From Bacillota bacterium (GTDB lineage Bacteria; Bacillota; Sulfobacillia; RBS10-35; JAJYVM01): a stretch of 45,459 nucleotides of DNA. A program made the position numbers and the translations under genes. Numbering within the stretch: the stretch's first letter is position 1; each line of letters starts with the position of its first letter. A model generated the notes under the pieces. The model saw only the letters and a program-made list of their open reading frames with translations, was not told where the DNA came from and did not search any database. The DNA lies in assembly GCA_035533535.1 (NCBI GenBank), contig DATLTP010000107.1, positions 1-45,459 of the forward strand, in the 5' to 3' direction. Shown piece after piece: positions 42,995-45,459 of this stretch.

Positions 42995-43921
42995 ATGCCG
43001 CAACAGACCCGTTACGCCCGCAGGAAGCCGAAAAAGGGCGCCTCGGGCAGCCGCACCTGGACCATTGTCGGCGTGGCCGTCGCGCTCGCCGTCGTCCTGA
43101 TCATCGCCGTGACCCGCGGACTCGGCCCCAAGGGCACCTCCACCGCCTCGGCCCGCACGCCGGTGCCGGCGGATGTGATGCAGCAGCTGACGAGCGTGCC
43201 CGCCGCCACGTGGGACGCGGTGGGCGCGAAGTCCGCGACACCGCCGGTGATGGTGAGCGCCGCCGCGGCTACGGGATCGGCGTCTGCGTCGGCGTCGGGT
43301 TCGGCGGCCGCCACGGCATCTGGCACGGCCGCGGCCAAACCAACCGTCCTGTACATCGGCGCGGAGTTCTGCCCATACTGCGCGGCCGAACGCTGGTCCA
43401 TGGTCACCGCGCTTGCGCGCTTCGGCACGTTCCAGGGCCTTTCGTACACCAACTCGGCGGCGAACGATGTGTACCCGTCAACGCCGACGTTCTCGTTCTA
43501 CGGTTCAACGTACACGAGCTCGTTGATTGACCTGCAGGCGGTGGAGACGACGACCAATGTGCCGCAGGGCAGCGGCTACCAGCCCCTGCAGACCCCCAGC
43601 GCGGCGCAGCAGAGCCTGTTCAACAAGTACGACGGCCCGCCGTACTTCACCAACGGCGGGTCGATTCCGTTCATCCTGGTCGGCGGCAAGTACGCGTGGC
43701 AGGGCGCCTCGTTCTCGCCGCAGACGCTCGCGAGCACGACCCAGGCGGCCGTGGCCTCGCAGCTGGCGGCGGGCACGAGCCCGGCGGCGCAGGCCATCCT
43801 GGCCAACGCCAACGTGATGACGGCCGCAATTTGCGCCGTGGACGGCGGGCAGCCGGGGGATGTGTGCACGAGCGCGGGTGTGAAGGCTGCGGCGGCGACG
43901 CTGCCGACGACGGCGAAGTAG
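42995..43921 (+). CDS. DUF929 domain-containing membrane-anchored thioredoxin-like protein
   Basis: Basic N-terminus followed by a TM helix (WTIVGVAVALAVVLIIAV), low-complexity linker, then ...VLYIGAEFCPYCAAERW..V.AL.RFG.F, the characteristic DUF929 motif. An alternative TTG start is at 42986. Confidence 0.75.
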   Translation: MPQQTRYARRKPKKGASGSRTWTIVGVAVALAVVLIIAVTRGLGPKGTSTASARTPVPADVMQQLTSVPAATWDAVGAKSATPPVMVSAAAATGSASASASGSAAATASGTAAAKPTVLYIGAEFCPYCAAERWSMVTALARFGTFQGLSYTNSAANDVYPSTPTFSFYGSTYTSSLIDLQAVETTTNVPQGSGYQPLQTPSAAQQSLFNKYDGPPYFTNGGSIPFILVGGKYAWQGASFSPQTLASTTQAAVASQLAAGTSPAAQAILANANVMTAAICAVDGGQPGDVCTSAGVKAAAATLPTTAK

Positions 43922-43939
43922 GGCGGGCGGAGTGCCCGG

Positions 43940-44716
43940 CTAGGACTTCCGCCAGAGCAAGCGCGCGAGGCGCAGGGTGAGGGTCCCGTCGGCGTCGACG
44001 CTGAAGCAGGGCGCCGGCGGGCGCGACTGCAGCAGGTTGAGGATGCGGTCGCGGTTGGCCGGGCCGCCGGAACCGCGGGCGATCCACTCGGCGAAGTCCA
44101 TGACGAGCGGACCTTCGTGCTCGTGCTGGGGCGTGAGGCCAAGGCGCGCGGCGAGGGAACGGAACGCTGCGGTGGTCAGGCAGGCGACGTGCGAGGGATC
44201 GCGCAGGGTCTCGATATCGTTGTGCCAGGCCGCCTCGGCTGGGTCGTCCGAGGTGACGTGGTCGGTGACGGCGACCCATCCGCCCGGCCGGACGACGCGG
44301 ACCATCTCCGCGAGTATGGGTTCGGCGGCGGGCATGTGGTGGATGCTGAAGCGGGTCACGGCGCCGTCGAAGGTCCCGTCGGGGAAGGATAGCGCGGTGG
44401 CGTCGCCGGCGATGAAGGCGGCGTTGTGGAGACCGGCGGTTGCGGCCCCGCGGCGCGCGAGGTCGAGCATGGCGGGCGTCAGGTCGACGCCGACGACCTC
44501 ACGGACCCTGGGGGCCAGGGCGCGGGCGACGATGCCGGTGCCGCAGGCCACATCGAGCCAGCGATCCCTGGGCTCGGCGGGCAGGTCGGCCACGAGGTCG
44601 GCCAGGGCGGGGTCCGAATGCATGACCGGCGCCCGGTTGAACGCCTCCGCCTGATGGGTGAACTCCTGGACGATGCGCCGGCTGGGCTCCGTGGCGGGCG
44701 CCCTCCTTGGTCGCAT
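43940..44716 (-). CDS. class I SAM-dependent methyltransferase (Methyltransf_11-like)
   Basis: Motif I LDVACGTGIVARAL, ...VGVDLTPAML, ...FPDGTFD.V......HH, ...RVVRPGG. Confidence 0.85.
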   Translation of the reverse strand: MRPRRAPATEPSRRIVQEFTHQAEAFNRAPVMHSDPALADLVADLPAEPRDRWLDVACGTGIVARALAPRVREVVGVDLTPAMLDLARRGAATAGLHNAAFIAGDATALSFPDGTFDGAVTRFSIHHMPAAEPILAEMVRVVRPGGWVAVTDHVTSDDPAEAAWHNDIETLRDPSHVACLTTAAFRSLAARLGLTPQHEHEGPLVMDFAEWIARGSGGPANRDRILNLLQSRPPAPCFSVDADGTLTLRLARLLWRKS

Positions 44717-44739
44717 CGTAGCACGCCCTTCGATGCGAG

Positions 44740-44769
44740 TTGCCTGCAGCGCGCGCCGGGTGGTACGAT
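44740..44769 (+). promoter_or_regulatory. possible promoter for the tRNA-His/Gln/Lys operon
   Basis: TTGCCT (44740-44745), 18 nt spacer, TACGAT (44764-44769), about 30 nt before tRNA-His. Confidence 0.35.
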
Positions 44770-44798
44770 ACCGTGGGTTTGTGCCTCGTGAAGCATAT

Positions 44799-44876
44799 GG
44801 TGGCTGTAGCTCAGCTGGTTAGAGCGCCAGGCTGTGGCCCTGGAGGCCGGGGGTTCAACTCCCCTCAGCCACCCCA
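44799..44876 (+). tRNA. tRNA-His (anticodon GTG) with encoded G-1
   Basis: Extra 5' G opposite discriminator C, acceptor GTGGCTG/CAGCCAC, anticodon loop CTGTGGC, T-arm GGGGG-TTCAACT-CCCCT, encoded CCA. Confidence 0.9.
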
Positions 44877-44891
44877 ATGCCCCCGCCGTGA

Positions 44892-44965
44892 TGGGGTGTC
44901 GCCAAGCGGCAAGGCAGCGGACTTTGGATCCGCCAGCGCAGGTTCGAATCCTGCCACCCCAGCCA
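44892..44965 (+). tRNA. tRNA-Gln (anticodon TTG)
   Basis: U1-A72 acceptor TGGGGTG/CACCCCA, anticodon loop CTTTGGA, T-arm GCAGG-TTCGAAT-CCTGC, encoded CCA. Confidence 0.9.
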
Positions 44966-44982
44966 CGTCTTCCTGGGCAAGC

Positions 44983-45058
44983 GGGCCAGTAGCTCAGCCG
45001 GCAGAGCTGCGGACTTTTAATCCGCGAGTCGTGGGTTCGAGTCCCACCTGGCCCACCA
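44983..45058 (+). tRNA. tRNA-Lys (anticodon TTT)
   Basis: GGGCCAG/CTGGCCC acceptor, anticodon loop CTTTTAA, T-arm GTGGG-TTCGAGT-CCCAC, encoded CCA. Confidence 0.9.
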
Positions 45059-45075
45059 ACTCCGACAAGGCTTCC

Positions 45076-45110
45076 GGCCCGCAGCCACAAGGGTTGCGGG
45101 CCTTTCCATT
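45076..45110 (+). terminator. stem-loop terminator after tRNA-Lys
   Basis: GGCCCGCA-gccacaagggt-TGCGGGCC followed by TTTCCATTGTT. Confidence 0.5.
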
Positions 45111-45459
45111 GTTGGACCAGCGTACGCCTGTTCCCGCTGGAGTTCGCCAAAGTTCGGGTGTGTCCGGCAAGGACCGGGTACAATCCGGGTACATCTTCGT
45201 CATGCGAAGCATCTACGCTGCATGCCGTTGCGACAGCTATTCCGGCGGAATCGGGCGCGAGGCGAGATCGTCCGGGGGTACTTTGTACCCCGAGGGTGTC
45301 TCGGCGACGGAACGGGTCGTGAAGACGCGGCTAGTTTCGGTAGTGGTGCGTGTACCCGGTGTCGCCGAGCAACTTCGTTAATGGTCGGTCCGATCGAGGG
45401 GCGGGCGCAGGAGCGCCAGCACCTTGTGCTCGTCGTGCGCAATGCGTGCCCCAGGAGCC

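Noticed and set aside
45378-45459. Partial minus-strand CDS at the right edge (...APGARIAHDEHKVLALLRPPLDRTDH, then TAA at 45380-45378)
   Set aside because: Only 27 codons are visible and nothing is recognisable. This is too little evidence to annotate.

Overview
About 45 kb of very GC-rich, gene-dense bacterial chromosome with Gram-positive-type RNA regulators (SAM-I riboswitch, T-box). Most of it is housekeeping or metabolic. There is a hom-lysC pair, followed by a SAM-riboswitch-controlled ThrC-like plus MoaD/ThiS-like pair, then smpB and ssrA (tmRNA). Further on are menA, rph-rdgB, and a GntR/PrpD x2/M29-like/Liv-ABC cluster with a divergent oxidoreductase trio. A T-box-controlled serC-like/serA pair and two three-gene tRNA operons complete the window. 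The stand-out is a roughly 7.5 kb minus-strand operon (8168-15593) directly downstream of ssrA. It encodes three paralogous P-loop ATPases of the BrxD/DUF2791 type, an Lhr/BrxHI-like DEAH helicase and two proteins I cannot assign. The genes are translationally coupled, and no BREX core genes (PglX, PglZ, BrxC/PglY) are visible. I read it as a candidate stand-alone, undescribed defence-type system. Other points worth a second look are a (GGGTAGC)n heptanucleotide tract, three other tandem-repeat regions, and several disrupted genes (GNAT, APC permease, arginase-fold gene, methyltransferase remnant). All functional calls come from reading the translations and motifs by eye. No database search was run.
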